From: a bacterium
Lineage (GTDB): Bacteria; Zhuqueibacterota; Zhuqueibacteria; Residuimicrobiales; Krinioviventaceae
Length of the DNA stretch: 64,000 nt
Assembly (NCBI GenBank): GCA_963693055.1
Contig: OY843751.1
Span: 6,400,001 to 6,464,000, forward strand
Reading direction: 5' to 3'
Shown piece by piece: positions 21,274-32,306 of the stretch. Position 1 is the first letter of the stretch. The number at the start of each line of letters is the position of its first letter. A program made the position numbers and the translations under genes. Below the pieces are notes generated by a model that ran no database searches, had not been told where the DNA came from, and saw nothing but the letters and a program-made list of their open reading frames with translations.

Positions 21274-22494
21274 CTATTGGATTTTGTATGCCAAGATGGC
21301 ATTACCATGTCTGATGTATAATCTACCGCCATGAATGACAGGATGCGCCCAATGCTGATCTGTTCCCAGGGTGACAGGAAATTGGCTAATCACTGTAAAG
21401 GATTCATGTGATGCTTTAACAAGCCCCATATTTCCTTTTTCTGCGTAGCAGTAAAACAGCCCGTCTGCCCATGTGATCACGCCTCCACCAAAAGATTCAT
21501 TAATATATTCAATGTCTCCTGTATTCCAATTAATGCAGTACCATTTGGATTTCCTGTATTCAGCGCCATACAGATACCCGTCTTGAAGGATTACACCACC
21601 CATGAGGTTGGGGAATTCTGTGTTTCGCCAAACGACTTTAACAGATTTGCCCTTGTTTAACAATTCAAGCTGAACGGTACCATCCAGATCATCTTTGGAG
21701 GTTGCACTGGAACATACGATTTTGCCGTTATGATAAATCGGTGTATTTGCATGTATTTTGTTGTTTTGATGTTGCGGAACTGCCCAATAAAATTCACCAG
21801 AATCTGCATCTAAACCAATAATGGATTCGGAAGTCATGGTAACGAAAAGACGAGTGCCCTGGTATTCAACAAGAATGGGAGAGCAATAAGCTGCGGGGTC
21901 ACCATTCCCCGGACTCGTCCAGATGGTATTGCCTGTGAAGCGGTCAAGCGCGGCCACATTGTGTTTTGGGCCGCCGGGAGTACAGATAACCCGGTCACCA
22001 TCTATGAGCAGGGATTCGGTCATTCCCCAGCGTATATTTTCAGCGTTAAAGGTTTTCAACAAATCTACAGACCACACCAGATTACCGGTTAACGCGTTAA
22101 AGCAGAAAACCACACCTTGTCCACTTTCAAGGTACAACAAATCATCAACGATGGTAGGCGATGTGCGGGCACCGGGATAACTGCCATCCCATTCCGGTCC
22201 GTATAATTTTTTCCACAAAAGTTTCCCATCCATATCAAGACAATAGAGAACCCCGTTTTGGTCCTGCATTCCCGTTACATAAATGCGTTCATGTGCAATT
22301 GCGACCGAGCCGTGCCCCGCACCAAGGCCATCAAAACTCCATAACATGTTTGGACCGTTTGAGGGCCAGGATTTAAACAGGCCGGTTTCAGCATATTTGC
22401 CATCCCGATGGGGACCCCGCCATTGTGATAATATTTCTGCTGAAGAGATGGAAATAATAAAAATGTTTAATATAATAATCAATCGGATACGCAT
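21274..22494 (-). CDS. PQQ-binding-like (BamB-type) beta-propeller protein
   Basis: SQWRGPHRDG start; repeated A.D..TG...W motifs; signal peptide. Confidence 0.85.
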   Translation of the reverse strand: MRIRLIIILNIFIISISSAEILSQWRGPHRDGKYAETGLFKSWPSNGPNMLWSFDGLGAGHGSVAIAHERIYVTGMQDQNGVLYCLDMDGKLLWKKLYGPEWDGSYPGARTSPTIVDDLLYLESGQGVVFCFNALTGNLVWSVDLLKTFNAENIRWGMTESLLIDGDRVICTPGGPKHNVAALDRFTGNTIWTSPGNGDPAAYCSPILVEYQGTRLFVTMTSESIIGLDADSGEFYWAVPQHQNNKIHANTPIYHNGKIVCSSATSKDDLDGTVQLELLNKGKSVKVVWRNTEFPNLMGGVILQDGYLYGAEYRKSKWYCINWNTGDIEYINESFGGGVITWADGLFYCYAEKGNMGLVKASHESFTVISQFPVTLGTDQHWAHPVIHGGRLYIRHGNAILAYKIQ

Positions 22495-22595
22495 TGTAAT
22501 CCTTTTTTTAAAATTTATGAAATATAGGGAAATTACAGAGATGTGCAAACCGGATTTGTTGTTTGGTTTAACGAATTGAGAAATATACGGCAGAT

Positions 22596-22624
22596 AAAAA
22601 AAGGCCGTTTAAACAAACGGCCTT
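22596..22624 (-). terminator. Intrinsic terminator
   Basis: ggccgttt/aaacggcc stem with U7 on the minus strand, after the 22630 stop. Confidence 0.8.
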
Positions 22625-22629
22625 GATAT

Positions 22630-23979
22630 TTACAGTGACCAACCCTGTCTGTATTCCCGGTGCAGGAACTGGTTTGCGTCTTTATCGTTAGTGATGCGCA
22701 TGGCATCATAATCCCAATAGATCTTTTTGCCGGTACGGAGCGCAATGTTACCTAGTAATACCATTTGAGTAAGGGGTGCGGCATAGTCAAAATTGACCAG
22801 GGCGGGAGGACCACCTTTGCAAGCGTTGATCCATTCCTGACTGTGTCCGGGAGAGCGCGGTATGGATTTTTCCGGGCGCTCATATTCCTGCATTTTTGCT
22901 TCCGGAATGATACGAATACCTCTTGCACCGTGCGAGCCGGTAAGGATTTTGCCTTTGCTTCCAATATAAAGCACACCACCATACTGGTCGCCCATTTTTC
23001 TACCGGGTTCCAGTTCTTCGGGTGTTTCCGGCATGAGTCCGCCATCGTACCAGGTTAGTTTTACCGGAGGCATATTTCCCCGTGCCGGGAAATTGAAATG
23101 AACTATGCTTGCGTGTGGGTAGCTTTCGATATTTTTTTCTTTATCCCAGTTTAACGAGTTACTCATATCGATCTCGTAAGAATGACTAGCTTCAACGCTT
23201 GTGGGTTGATCTATTTTAAGAGCCCATTTGATGGGATCAAAGATATGGCAACCCATATCTCCCAATCCACCGGTACCAAAATCCCACCAACCGCGCCACA
23301 TCATGGGATGGTATGCGGGATGATAGGGGCGATAGGGGGCCGGCCCGATCCACAAATCCCAATCCAGAGTATCGGGAACCGGGGGCGTGTCTGTCGGGCG
23401 TTTTTGACCCTGCGGCCATACCGGATGTGGTGTCCACGCATGGATTTCGCGAATTTCTCCAATGGCTCCGTCCTGTACCCACTCGCACAACAAGCGAGCT
23501 TCTTCCATTGCATGTCCCTGCGTGCCCATTTGCGTGGCTACACCGGCCTCGCGGGCCGCTTTGGCAAGTTCACGAGCTTCATAAATTGTATAGGTGAGAG
23601 GTTTTTCAGTATAGACATGTTTGCCGGCTTTGATGGCTGCCATAGTGGCTACAGCGTGTGTATGGTCAGGTGTGGCAATGAGAACAGCATCAATGTCTTT
23701 TTGCTTTTCAAGCATAACACGATAATCTTTGTAGCGTTTGGCTTTGGGATGTTTTTCAAATCTTTCTGCGGCATGTTTCCAATCCACATCGCACAAGGCA
23801 ACAATATTTTCAGATTCCAGGGTTTTTAAAACAGAGTTGCCTCTGCCGCCAGCACCAATCGCTGCAATGTTGAGCTTGTCGCTGGGAGAAGTGTGCCCCG
23901 GCCCGCCCAATACGTGCCGGGGTACAATTATGAATGACGATACAGCGACAGTCGATTTAATAAAAGATCGTCTGTCCAT
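22630..23979 (-). CDS. Gfo/Idh/MocA oxidoreductase, Tat-exported
   Basis: DRRSFIK; GAGGRG; ATPDHTH; EKP; GDMGCH. Confidence 0.92.
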   Translation of the reverse strand: MDRRSFIKSTVAVSSFIIVPRHVLGGPGHTSPSDKLNIAAIGAGGRGNSVLKTLESENIVALCDVDWKHAAERFEKHPKAKRYKDYRVMLEKQKDIDAVLIATPDHTHAVATMAAIKAGKHVYTEKPLTYTIYEARELAKAAREAGVATQMGTQGHAMEEARLLCEWVQDGAIGEIREIHAWTPHPVWPQGQKRPTDTPPVPDTLDWDLWIGPAPYRPYHPAYHPMMWRGWWDFGTGGLGDMGCHIFDPIKWALKIDQPTSVEASHSYEIDMSNSLNWDKEKNIESYPHASIVHFNFPARGNMPPVKLTWYDGGLMPETPEELEPGRKMGDQYGGVLYIGSKGKILTGSHGARGIRIIPEAKMQEYERPEKSIPRSPGHSQEWINACKGGPPALVNFDYAAPLTQMVLLGNIALRTGKKIYWDYDAMRITNDKDANQFLHREYRQGWSL

Positions 23980-23994
23980 AATACTTCCTGTTGT

Positions 23995-26736
23995 TTATTT
24001 CATTGTATAGGTAAATGAGTAACTGCCTGAACCCAGGACCAGTTTCCCATTCTCATCCATTTGTTTTGACTCGATAATGCCTTTGGCTTTTTCCAGTGGT
24101 TTTCCGTTTTCCATTACACCTGCAAGCTCTGCGCCTGGCAGGCAAACGTCTGCAGTTGTATTGGCTGGAATTTCAATGTTAACTGTCATGGTGTTTCCGG
24201 AAATTTCCCAACCGGATTTGATCATACCATACATAGATTTATGCCATGTTTTTGCAGAGGTCAATTCACCACCCGGTTTGGGTTTGATAATGATGTGTTT
24301 GTAACCGGGATTTTGAGGATCAATATTTACACCGGTGATTACCCGGTACATCCAGTCACCAATTGCGCCATAGGCATAGTGATTAAAGGAATTCATACCT
24401 TTATTCTGAAAAGAACCATCCGGTTTGATGCCGTCCCAGCGTTCCCAGATGGTTGTTGCGCCTTTGGTTACCGGATAGAGCCAAGATGGATATTTTTTAC
24501 GATTCAACAGCATGTATGCCAGATCAATGTCTCCATTATCACTTAAAACATGGGTGATGGGAGATGCTCCCAGAAATCCGGTGGTAATGTGTCCGAATTT
24601 TTTCACATCCTCTGCCAGACGTTCAGCCGCTTGTTCTTTCATATCATCTGGAATCAGATCAAAATCAAACGCAATAGCATAGGCAGTTTGTGTGTTTGGA
24701 GACAAACGTGCTTCAGGAGTGATGAATTCTTTAACAAAAGCTTTTTTAATGTTTTGCAGCAGCGCTTTATATTTTTGGGCATCCTGATCGTTACCCAAAA
24801 TTTTTGCAATTTTAGACATTAATTCAGTTGAATGGGCAAAATACGCCGTAGCCAAAAAGTCTTTATCGGTATAGGCACCGGGATAGTCGGAATTGGTTGT
24901 GTTGTATGACAACCAGTCACCAAAATGCTGACCTGTGTTATAGAGAAAGGTGTCTCCGGCCTTGTCTTCCATATAGCCGATCCATTTTTTCATGCTTTCG
25001 TATTGTTGTTCCAGAATACGGGTGTCATCGTAATACTGATAAACGGTCCAGGGTACTATAACAGCTGCATCGGCCCAACCGCATGCACCTGCATCGCTAA
25101 TGGGATCTGTGCGGTTTAAAACATTGGGAATTACATGTGGAATGGATCCGCCTGATTTTTGATCTGCATTGAAATCATCCATCCATTTGGTGTAAAATCC
25201 GGCTACATTTGAATTGTAGCATGCTGTGGGAGCAAAGACCTGTGCGTCACCGGTCCATCCCAAACGTTCGTCACGTTGCGGACAATCAGTAGGAACGTCA
25301 ACAAAGTTACCATGCTGACCCCAAATGATATTGTGCTGTAACTGGTTTAACAAGGGATTAGAACATTCAAATCCACCAGTCATCTCATAGTCAGAGTGAA
25401 CTACAACACCGGTAAAATCTTCGAGTGTAGGTTCACCCGGCCAACCGTCTACATCAATGTAACGGAATCCCTGAAAGGTAAAGTGTGGTTCAAACACTTC
25501 AACGCCGTCACCTTTGAGTGTGTATTGGATCAACTGGGTTGCCTGACGCAGATTTTCGGTGTAAAAATTGCCTTCTTTGTCTAAAACTTCTGCATGCCGT
25601 ATTTTAATTGTGGTGCCGGCGGGTCCCTGGACTTTGAATCGTATCCAGCCTACCATATTCTGACCCATATCAAACACGACATCGCCTTCGGGGGTGATGA
25701 TCTTTTCAATAGGTTTAAGCTCTTCAACTTTGCGAATGGGGGGACCTGCAGGAGCAACCAGAATGGATTTTGTGTGATTTCCTACAGTTACGCCACCCCA
25801 GCTAGTGTCGTTATAACCGGCTTTGCACCAACCCGGCATTTCTTTGCGCGCGTCATAGGTTTCGCCCATGTAAAGATCTGACGCAAGGATGGGTCCGGTA
25901 GTAGATTTCCATGAACCATCCGTGATGATGGTTTCTGTTGAGCCGTCTTTGTATTCAACTACAATCTGTGCAAGGAGTCCCAGCTTTTCACCATATACAT
26001 TGCGCTGGTCCTTCCATGCTAAAAAACCGCGATACCAGCCGTCGCCCAATTGAGCACCAACGGCATTGTCACCTTTTTTCAGCAGGTCAGTAACATCGTA
26101 TGTTTGGTACTGGGTTTGGGTGTTATAGCTTGTCCAGCCCGGAGTAAGTACCTGGTCTCCAACTTTATTGCCATTGATGTAAAGCTCATACAATCCCTTG
26201 CTGGTAACATACGCGCGGGCTGAAGCTATTTTGTTTTTCAGTACAAAGTCTTTGCGCAAAACAGGAGAAGGACTGGTTTTTTTCAAGTCTTCTTTGACAT
26301 TGGGATGTATCCACTCTGCTTTCCAGTCTGCTGTGTTTAATAATCCCATTTCCCAGTAAGCTTCATCGCTCCAGGAGGTGGATTTGTTTTTGGCATCCCA
26401 AACTTTGGCGCGCCAATAATAGCGGGTTCCACTTTCAAGAGCAGGGCCATCGTAAACGATATGAAAGGATTCGTCGCTTTTGATTTTGCCTGAATCCCAA
26501 AGAGGATTTTTAAAGGATTTTTTGTCTTTTGCTACCTGTACCTGATAGGCAGATTGCATGTATCCGCGGTCAGAGGATTCAATGATCCAGCCCATTCGTG
26601 GATTTTTTGCATCAATCCCAACGGGATTGGTTTTGTACTCGCATGTCAGGTTTGTGAGAGAGGTCTTTGCATATATTGGATTCATTAATACAAAAACACT
26701 CAACAACAGTACTGCAACCCATAAAGGTCTTTTCAT
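23995..26736 (-). CDS. Alpha-L-rhamnosidase (GH78)
   Basis: PTDCPQRDERLGWTGD, GATTIWERW, MNSFNHYAYG; signal peptide. Confidence 0.93.
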   Translation of the reverse strand: MKRPLWVAVLLLSVFVLMNPIYAKTSLTNLTCEYKTNPVGIDAKNPRMGWIIESSDRGYMQSAYQVQVAKDKKSFKNPLWDSGKIKSDESFHIVYDGPALESGTRYYWRAKVWDAKNKSTSWSDEAYWEMGLLNTADWKAEWIHPNVKEDLKKTSPSPVLRKDFVLKNKIASARAYVTSKGLYELYINGNKVGDQVLTPGWTSYNTQTQYQTYDVTDLLKKGDNAVGAQLGDGWYRGFLAWKDQRNVYGEKLGLLAQIVVEYKDGSTETIITDGSWKSTTGPILASDLYMGETYDARKEMPGWCKAGYNDTSWGGVTVGNHTKSILVAPAGPPIRKVEELKPIEKIITPEGDVVFDMGQNMVGWIRFKVQGPAGTTIKIRHAEVLDKEGNFYTENLRQATQLIQYTLKGDGVEVFEPHFTFQGFRYIDVDGWPGEPTLEDFTGVVVHSDYEMTGGFECSNPLLNQLQHNIIWGQHGNFVDVPTDCPQRDERLGWTGDAQVFAPTACYNSNVAGFYTKWMDDFNADQKSGGSIPHVIPNVLNRTDPISDAGACGWADAAVIVPWTVYQYYDDTRILEQQYESMKKWIGYMEDKAGDTFLYNTGQHFGDWLSYNTTNSDYPGAYTDKDFLATAYFAHSTELMSKIAKILGNDQDAQKYKALLQNIKKAFVKEFITPEARLSPNTQTAYAIAFDFDLIPDDMKEQAAERLAEDVKKFGHITTGFLGASPITHVLSDNGDIDLAYMLLNRKKYPSWLYPVTKGATTIWERWDGIKPDGSFQNKGMNSFNHYAYGAIGDWMYRVITGVNIDPQNPGYKHIIIKPKPGGELTSAKTWHKSMYGMIKSGWEISGNTMTVNIEIPANTTADVCLPGAELAGVMENGKPLEKAKGIIESKQMDENGKLVLGSGSYSFTYTMK

Positions 26737-26777
26737 GTTACCTACCTCCTGATTTGATTGATTATGATAAAGAATTA

Positions 26778-29516
26778 CTATTCTTTCAAATTATATTCAA
26801 AGGTATAATGCCCTGATCCGGATTGGAGTAAGACATTGTTTCCCTGTTGACGAATATTTGACAATGCAGCAGTTTCGATCAGCGATTTATCGTTTACTTT
26901 GATGTTGACAATTTCTGCATTGGGTAACTGAATTGTTGCAAATGTATTCACCGGTATATCCAACGTCAGTGTAAAGGTGCCGTCTGAAATTTCCCAAGAT
27001 GAACGTATTGGTCCGTAAAGCGACTTGTATTCTGCTTTTGCCCAGGTCAGGTCGCCACCGGGCTGAGGTGCGAAAAAGATATGTTTAAATCCTGGTTGAG
27101 CGGGGTCGTTATTGATTCCGGTTATGGTCCGGTACATCCAGTTTCCAATTGCACCATATGCGTAGTGGTTGTATGAATTCATGGTTGGTGTTTGAAAGGT
27201 TCCGTCAGGTTTAATACCGTCCCAGCGTTCCCAGATTGTGGTGGCACCGCGGGTTATAGGATAGAGCCAAGAGGGATATGTTTTACGATTCAGCAGCATA
27301 TATGCTTCGTCAAGATATCCATTGTTACTCAGGCAGAGGCTAATGAGTGGAGTACCGAGAAATCCGGTTGTGATATGTCCAAACTCGTTTACGTTTGCTG
27401 CAAGTCTTGATGCGGTTTTGGCTTTTAATGACTCGGGTATCAGATCAAATGACAGCGCAAGAGAATACGCGGTTTGGGTATTGGGCGAGAGCCTGCCGTC
27501 CGGGGTCATAAATTCCTGAATGAACGCGCTTTTTATTTTCTCTCTTAAATCTGTAAATGCTTTTGCATCCTCATCTTTGCCAAGAATGTCAGCTATTTTA
27601 GCAACCAGACCGGTGGAATAGGCAAAATAGGCGGTTGCAATAAATTCTTTGTCTGTGTATGCTCCGGGATATGATGAGCTTTGCGAGTTGAACGACAGCC
27701 AGTCACCCAGTTGGTTGCTTTCGGACCAGATATAATCATCGCCCGCGTTGGTTTGCATAAATTTTATCCATTTTACCATACTGTCGTACATGACACTGAG
27801 GATACGGGTGTCGTTGTAATACTGGTAAACCGTCCATGGGATTACAACTACCGCGTCTGACCAGCCACTTGCACCGCAGCGCTGTACAGGATCAAGACTC
27901 CAGCGGATATTGGGAACCACATCGGGAATAGCTCCACTTTCTTTTTGATCATAGATCATATCTTTGAGCCATTTGGTATAGAATCCGGCAACATCGGCAT
28001 TGAAACATGCGGTTGAGGCAAAAACCTGTGCGTCACCGGTCCAGCCCATGCGCTCATCTCGTTGAGGGCAGTCGGTAGGAACATCTACAAAATTGCCTTT
28101 TTGTCCCCATTGGATATTGTGCTGTAACTGGTTCAGCATGGGATTCGAACAGCTAAATTCCATGGTTGGGGTGATATTTGAATGAACAACCACACCGGTA
28201 AAATCATCCAAAGTGGGTTCTCCGGGCCAGCCTTTGACCGTAAAATATTGAAATCCCTGCCAGGTAAAATGGGGCTCGAATACTTGAACGCCATCTCCTT
28301 TGAGGGTATAGGTAATGGTCTGTTTTGCACGGCGTAAATTCTCTGTATAGAAATTGCCGTCTTTGTCCAGTACTTCTGCGTGACGTATTTCAATGGTTGT
28401 ACCTTTGGGGCCTTTGACTTTGAACCGGAGCCAGCCAACCATATTCTGGCCCATATCAAAAACAATATCTCCTTCAGGAGTTACAGATTTAGCGACAGGT
28501 TTTAGTTCCTGAATTTTCAGAACAGGTGGGCCATCGGGTGCAGCGATCTCGATACCGGGGTCTGCTGATACAATGACCCGGTGCCATTCACTGTCGTCAA
28601 ATCCGGATTTTGTCCAGTTAACATGTTCAAGGCGTGCGTCATAGGTTTCTCCCATAAACAGATCAGACATGAGAATGGGGCCCGTGTTGCTTTTCCAGGT
28701 ATTGTCTGTTACAATGGTTTCGGTTTTGCCATTGGTAAAAGTAATCTCTATTTGCAGTAAAAGTTTCAAGGTGCGGTCACGCGGCAGGCTCTTGTCTCCC
28801 CATGCCAGGGTCCCACGATACCAGCCGTCTCCCAGTGTAACGCCCACTGCATTATCACCAGTTTTGAGCAAGTCTGTAACATCATAGGTTTGGTATTGAA
28901 TGCGATGCAAAAACGTGGTCCATCCCGGTGTCAGCACCTGTTCGCCAACCCGTTTCCCGTTTAGCTGAAACTCGTACAAGCCCAATGAGGTGATATAGGC
29001 TCTGGCGGATTTAACTTTGGCTTCAAGTTGGAACTCTTTGCGCAGCATGGGTGCAGGATTAAGTTCAGTAAGATTTTCTTCAAGATCGGGACGGATCCAG
29101 GTGGCTTTCCAGTCTTTGGGGGACAATAGCCCCATTTCCCAATATGCCGGTTCGCTCCATTCGGATTCATTGTTATGATTGTCCCACACCTTGACGCGCC
29201 AATAGTATCTGGTAGCACTTTGCAGGTCAGCTCCGTTATATACAACCTGAAAGGATTGATCAGAGTCGGTTTTGCCGGAATCCCATACCGGGTTTGTCTT
29301 AAACGTTTTCGTATCAAGGGAAACCTGAACCTGGTATGCGGTCTGCATGGTATTCATTTCTGTAGCATTTAAAATCCAGCCAAGTCTGGGATGGGTTTCA
29401 TCCATGCCATGAGGATTGGTTTTGTATTCACAGGTCAAGTCTGATATGGACAAGCCTGCATACAAGCAGTTGACCAGCATTAGAAATAATAGGGTAATTG
29501 TAAATCGGGTTTTCAT
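26778..29516 (-). CDS. Alpha-L-rhamnosidase (GH78), tandem paralog
   Basis: PTDCPQRDERMGWTGD, GATTIWERW, MNSYNHYAYG; signal peptide. Confidence 0.93.
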   Translation of the reverse strand: MKTRFTITLLFLMLVNCLYAGLSISDLTCEYKTNPHGMDETHPRLGWILNATEMNTMQTAYQVQVSLDTKTFKTNPVWDSGKTDSDQSFQVVYNGADLQSATRYYWRVKVWDNHNNESEWSEPAYWEMGLLSPKDWKATWIRPDLEENLTELNPAPMLRKEFQLEAKVKSARAYITSLGLYEFQLNGKRVGEQVLTPGWTTFLHRIQYQTYDVTDLLKTGDNAVGVTLGDGWYRGTLAWGDKSLPRDRTLKLLLQIEITFTNGKTETIVTDNTWKSNTGPILMSDLFMGETYDARLEHVNWTKSGFDDSEWHRVIVSADPGIEIAAPDGPPVLKIQELKPVAKSVTPEGDIVFDMGQNMVGWLRFKVKGPKGTTIEIRHAEVLDKDGNFYTENLRRAKQTITYTLKGDGVQVFEPHFTWQGFQYFTVKGWPGEPTLDDFTGVVVHSNITPTMEFSCSNPMLNQLQHNIQWGQKGNFVDVPTDCPQRDERMGWTGDAQVFASTACFNADVAGFYTKWLKDMIYDQKESGAIPDVVPNIRWSLDPVQRCGASGWSDAVVVIPWTVYQYYNDTRILSVMYDSMVKWIKFMQTNAGDDYIWSESNQLGDWLSFNSQSSSYPGAYTDKEFIATAYFAYSTGLVAKIADILGKDEDAKAFTDLREKIKSAFIQEFMTPDGRLSPNTQTAYSLALSFDLIPESLKAKTASRLAANVNEFGHITTGFLGTPLISLCLSNNGYLDEAYMLLNRKTYPSWLYPITRGATTIWERWDGIKPDGTFQTPTMNSYNHYAYGAIGNWMYRTITGINNDPAQPGFKHIFFAPQPGGDLTWAKAEYKSLYGPIRSSWEISDGTFTLTLDIPVNTFATIQLPNAEIVNIKVNDKSLIETAALSNIRQQGNNVLLQSGSGHYTFEYNLKE

Positions 29517-29606
29517 CCGTCAAATCTCCGGGTTGTAATTCTCGTTTGGTATGTTTGTAAATATATAATTTTTTTTAATAAAGTGTTAGTTTTTTTTAGG
29601 AATGAG

Positions 29607-29634
29607 AGCACCCCGAAATGATTTCCGGGGTGCT
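29607..29634 (-). terminator. Hairpin, probable terminator
   Basis: agcaccccg/cggggtgct stem right after the 29643 stop; weak U-tract. Confidence 0.55.
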
Positions 29635-29642
29635 GTACTGTA

Positions 29643-32306
29643 TTATTTTATTGATACGAGGTCGCTATTTCTAAACATGCGCAGCATATTTTCATGATGA
29701 AGGGGGTCTTGCATTTGGGAGGTATGGCATACTGCACAATCCATATTGGAACCAATGGGATAGGGATTGCCACTGTATTGCATAGGCTGCAATACATCCC
29801 GTTCCGGTTGATAGGGATTTACCGCGGGATAAACCGCATGCGTAGACCCGTGACATGCTTCGCAGCGTACACCTGCATTGTCAGTACGGATTCGATACAG
29901 TTCGCTGAAATCGTCGTTCCAGTGATTAAAGGCCAGGGCATCCATGTCCGGTTGTTCAAAATCAATATGGCAGGTCAGACAGTCAGGCTCCTGCAGCCAG
30001 GGCATTCTGGGATTTACATCTGCAACCGATTTTACCTGGTTAGGTACAATGGAAGCTATGACACGTTTCTGGCTGGGTTTGTCTGCCTGTGCCTGTAACA
30101 GGCCGGCAGCATGGTCGCTAAGGGTGCCATGGCAATTCACACAATCCAACCCAAACTCTGCATGAAAGCCTCTACTGCAACGGGTAAAGCCATTTGGGGC
30201 AGCCGGATGACACAGCGCACATGCTTCTGCACCTTCAGCCGGCATGTAATTGGCATGCCAACCATGCATTGCAGCTGAAAGGTTCATGTGTTCCGGTTTG
30301 CCTTTAGCACCAAGTGCGGGGTCCGCATGACAACTCTGACACAGCTTGGGATTCCCGTTCTCAGCATCTTTGAACAACGTTGTTCCGTTCAGCCGGTCAT
30401 GTGCTTTGAGAATGTTGATCGAAGTTTCGTCCGCAATGCCGGCGCCGTTTTCGGTTCGCCAGTCTCCGCCGTGGCAGTTCCGGCAGCCCATTTCTGTGGA
30501 TGTGGGCGCCACAACCTTGGTTTCGATCAATACTTTGTCTGTTTCGATATCAACCGCTTGTACAGTAAATGTGGGATACGGATTAAAAGATCCGTCTGCC
30601 TTGTAGGGAACCACCGGTATGGTTTCTACAATATATCCGGAGCGTTCTTCATTATACTTGAATACACCCGCAAGGCCGTTGCCGTGTAATCCAATATTTC
30701 TTTCCGGTGTTACTCCAAAATTCTTTTCCGCATAATCCCAGAATTTAACCTGAGAGGCAGGATCTTTGAAACCGGGTTCCACTTTGTACCGCAATTCAAC
30801 ACCTTCAGTAACAAGCTGGGGCAACTCGCCTCTTTTAATGAGTTGGGCTTCAAGTGTGTTGGCGGGCGGTAATATTACAAACCAGGGATCGTTATCGGAA
30901 ATGCAATGCATGCCCAGATCGTTCCATACGAGAAGCATATATTCATCTTTTTGGCGATCAAAGGAGGGTACGTCTGTGCTTGTTTTGTTTATATTCATCG
31001 GTTTTGATGTGTCTTGAAGTGGATTTCCATTAATGCCGCTGTAAATATAATCCGACAATGCTGCCATTTCCTGTTTTGTGCCTACAAATTGCGGCATGTA
31101 GGTTTGGATTTTTCCTTGTCCGGTTAGTGCAGACATGATACCCAAACGGGAAAAGGATTCGGTTTTGGGTGAAAGTGGATTCCGAATACCATCAACTGTA
31201 TGACAGGGTAAACACTGGATGTTGAACAGTTCTTTGCCTGCTTGCATACGGTTGCTGTCATTGATTTCTTTAACAGTTGTCCATTTTGCGTGGGTCAGTA
31301 ATCCTTCCTTGTTGAGCTTGTCAGTGTCAGATGCTTTAATCGAGGTCGAGTACATGTAATTCCCTATCACCCAGGGCTTGCGTGAGATTTCGCGCAAATA
31401 TTCAAATCCGCCATACCAGGTTAATCCAATGATTACCAGCACAAATGCCAATGTTTTTTGTACCCAATTGTATGATTTGAAGGAATAGATTTGGGCCAAA
31501 ACATAGATCAGAATAGTGCTTAGAGCAAATACAATAATAAAAGGACCTGATTGCGGATTGAGTCCAAAAGACACCTGGCGGATACTTTCAGGAACTGCAA
31601 AATAGTACCATAATCCGGAGAGACCCAAGCCGGGCAGGGGAATCCAGAGCCATTTGCTGCAATAATCAATCATTTTATTGCGAAAAGATGTGTCTTTGAT
31701 GAACACAGCGGTAACATATCCAAACAATCCTGCAATCATGGCAGCATAAAATGAACGGAAAAACAGTGAAGGGAGAAACGTTGGATTTAGAAATCCATGC
31801 CAGAACGACATGGTATCGATCCATTTGCCGGGAGTAAGCATGAATGACAAAATGCCGTTAATGATGAACAGGCTCAGCCAGGCAAATAAGGCGTAAAAGA
31901 AAGCCAGAATGAGTCTGGGTTTTCTCTCCAGTTTGTGAAACTGGTAATAGTAGATCAGTAGAGCGGTGATCTCGCCCAGGAAGAATACCCATTCAATAGC
32001 CCATCCGAAAACAAAATTGTGAATGAGTGAAGAGGTGCCGGCAGGATGTACCAGGGCAATGATGAACCAGATGCCCACACCCGTAATACCGCCAAACACC
32101 ATGGTTAACAATAAAAAGAAATTGGTGTGCTTGTAGACATAATTGTGAACGTCCTTACTGTTTTCCCGATAGCCTTTAAGGTCAGTCAACCAGATAAAAA
32201 TACCGCCGCCAACAGCGAGATGTGCCACATAGGCGTGAATAATAGAGATAAGGGCGATCATTGTGCCGCCGCCAATGTTTGTCAGTTCCCATATCGGATA
32301 ATTCAT
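29643..32306 (-). CDS. Cytochrome bd subunit I (CydA)-like membrane domain fused to multiheme cytochrome c (8 CxxCH)
   Basis: H..VAH.AVG, WAIEWVFFLGE, SFMLTPG, REISRKPWVI; CLPCH, CRNCH, CQSCH, CALCH, CVNCH, CLTCH, CEACH, CAVCH. Confidence 0.82.
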   Translation of the reverse strand: MNYPIWELTNIGGGTMIALISIIHAYVAHLAVGGGIFIWLTDLKGYRENSKDVHNYVYKHTNFFLLLTMVFGGITGVGIWFIIALVHPAGTSSLIHNFVFGWAIEWVFFLGEITALLIYYYQFHKLERKPRLILAFFYALFAWLSLFIINGILSFMLTPGKWIDTMSFWHGFLNPTFLPSLFFRSFYAAMIAGLFGYVTAVFIKDTSFRNKMIDYCSKWLWIPLPGLGLSGLWYYFAVPESIRQVSFGLNPQSGPFIIVFALSTILIYVLAQIYSFKSYNWVQKTLAFVLVIIGLTWYGGFEYLREISRKPWVIGNYMYSTSIKASDTDKLNKEGLLTHAKWTTVKEINDSNRMQAGKELFNIQCLPCHTVDGIRNPLSPKTESFSRLGIMSALTGQGKIQTYMPQFVGTKQEMAALSDYIYSGINGNPLQDTSKPMNINKTSTDVPSFDRQKDEYMLLVWNDLGMHCISDNDPWFVILPPANTLEAQLIKRGELPQLVTEGVELRYKVEPGFKDPASQVKFWDYAEKNFGVTPERNIGLHGNGLAGVFKYNEERSGYIVETIPVVPYKADGSFNPYPTFTVQAVDIETDKVLIETKVVAPTSTEMGCRNCHGGDWRTENGAGIADETSINILKAHDRLNGTTLFKDAENGNPKLCQSCHADPALGAKGKPEHMNLSAAMHGWHANYMPAEGAEACALCHPAAPNGFTRCSRGFHAEFGLDCVNCHGTLSDHAAGLLQAQADKPSQKRVIASIVPNQVKSVADVNPRMPWLQEPDCLTCHIDFEQPDMDALAFNHWNDDFSELYRIRTDNAGVRCEACHGSTHAVYPAVNPYQPERDVLQPMQYSGNPYPIGSNMDCAVCHTSQMQDPLHHENMLRMFRNSDLVSIK

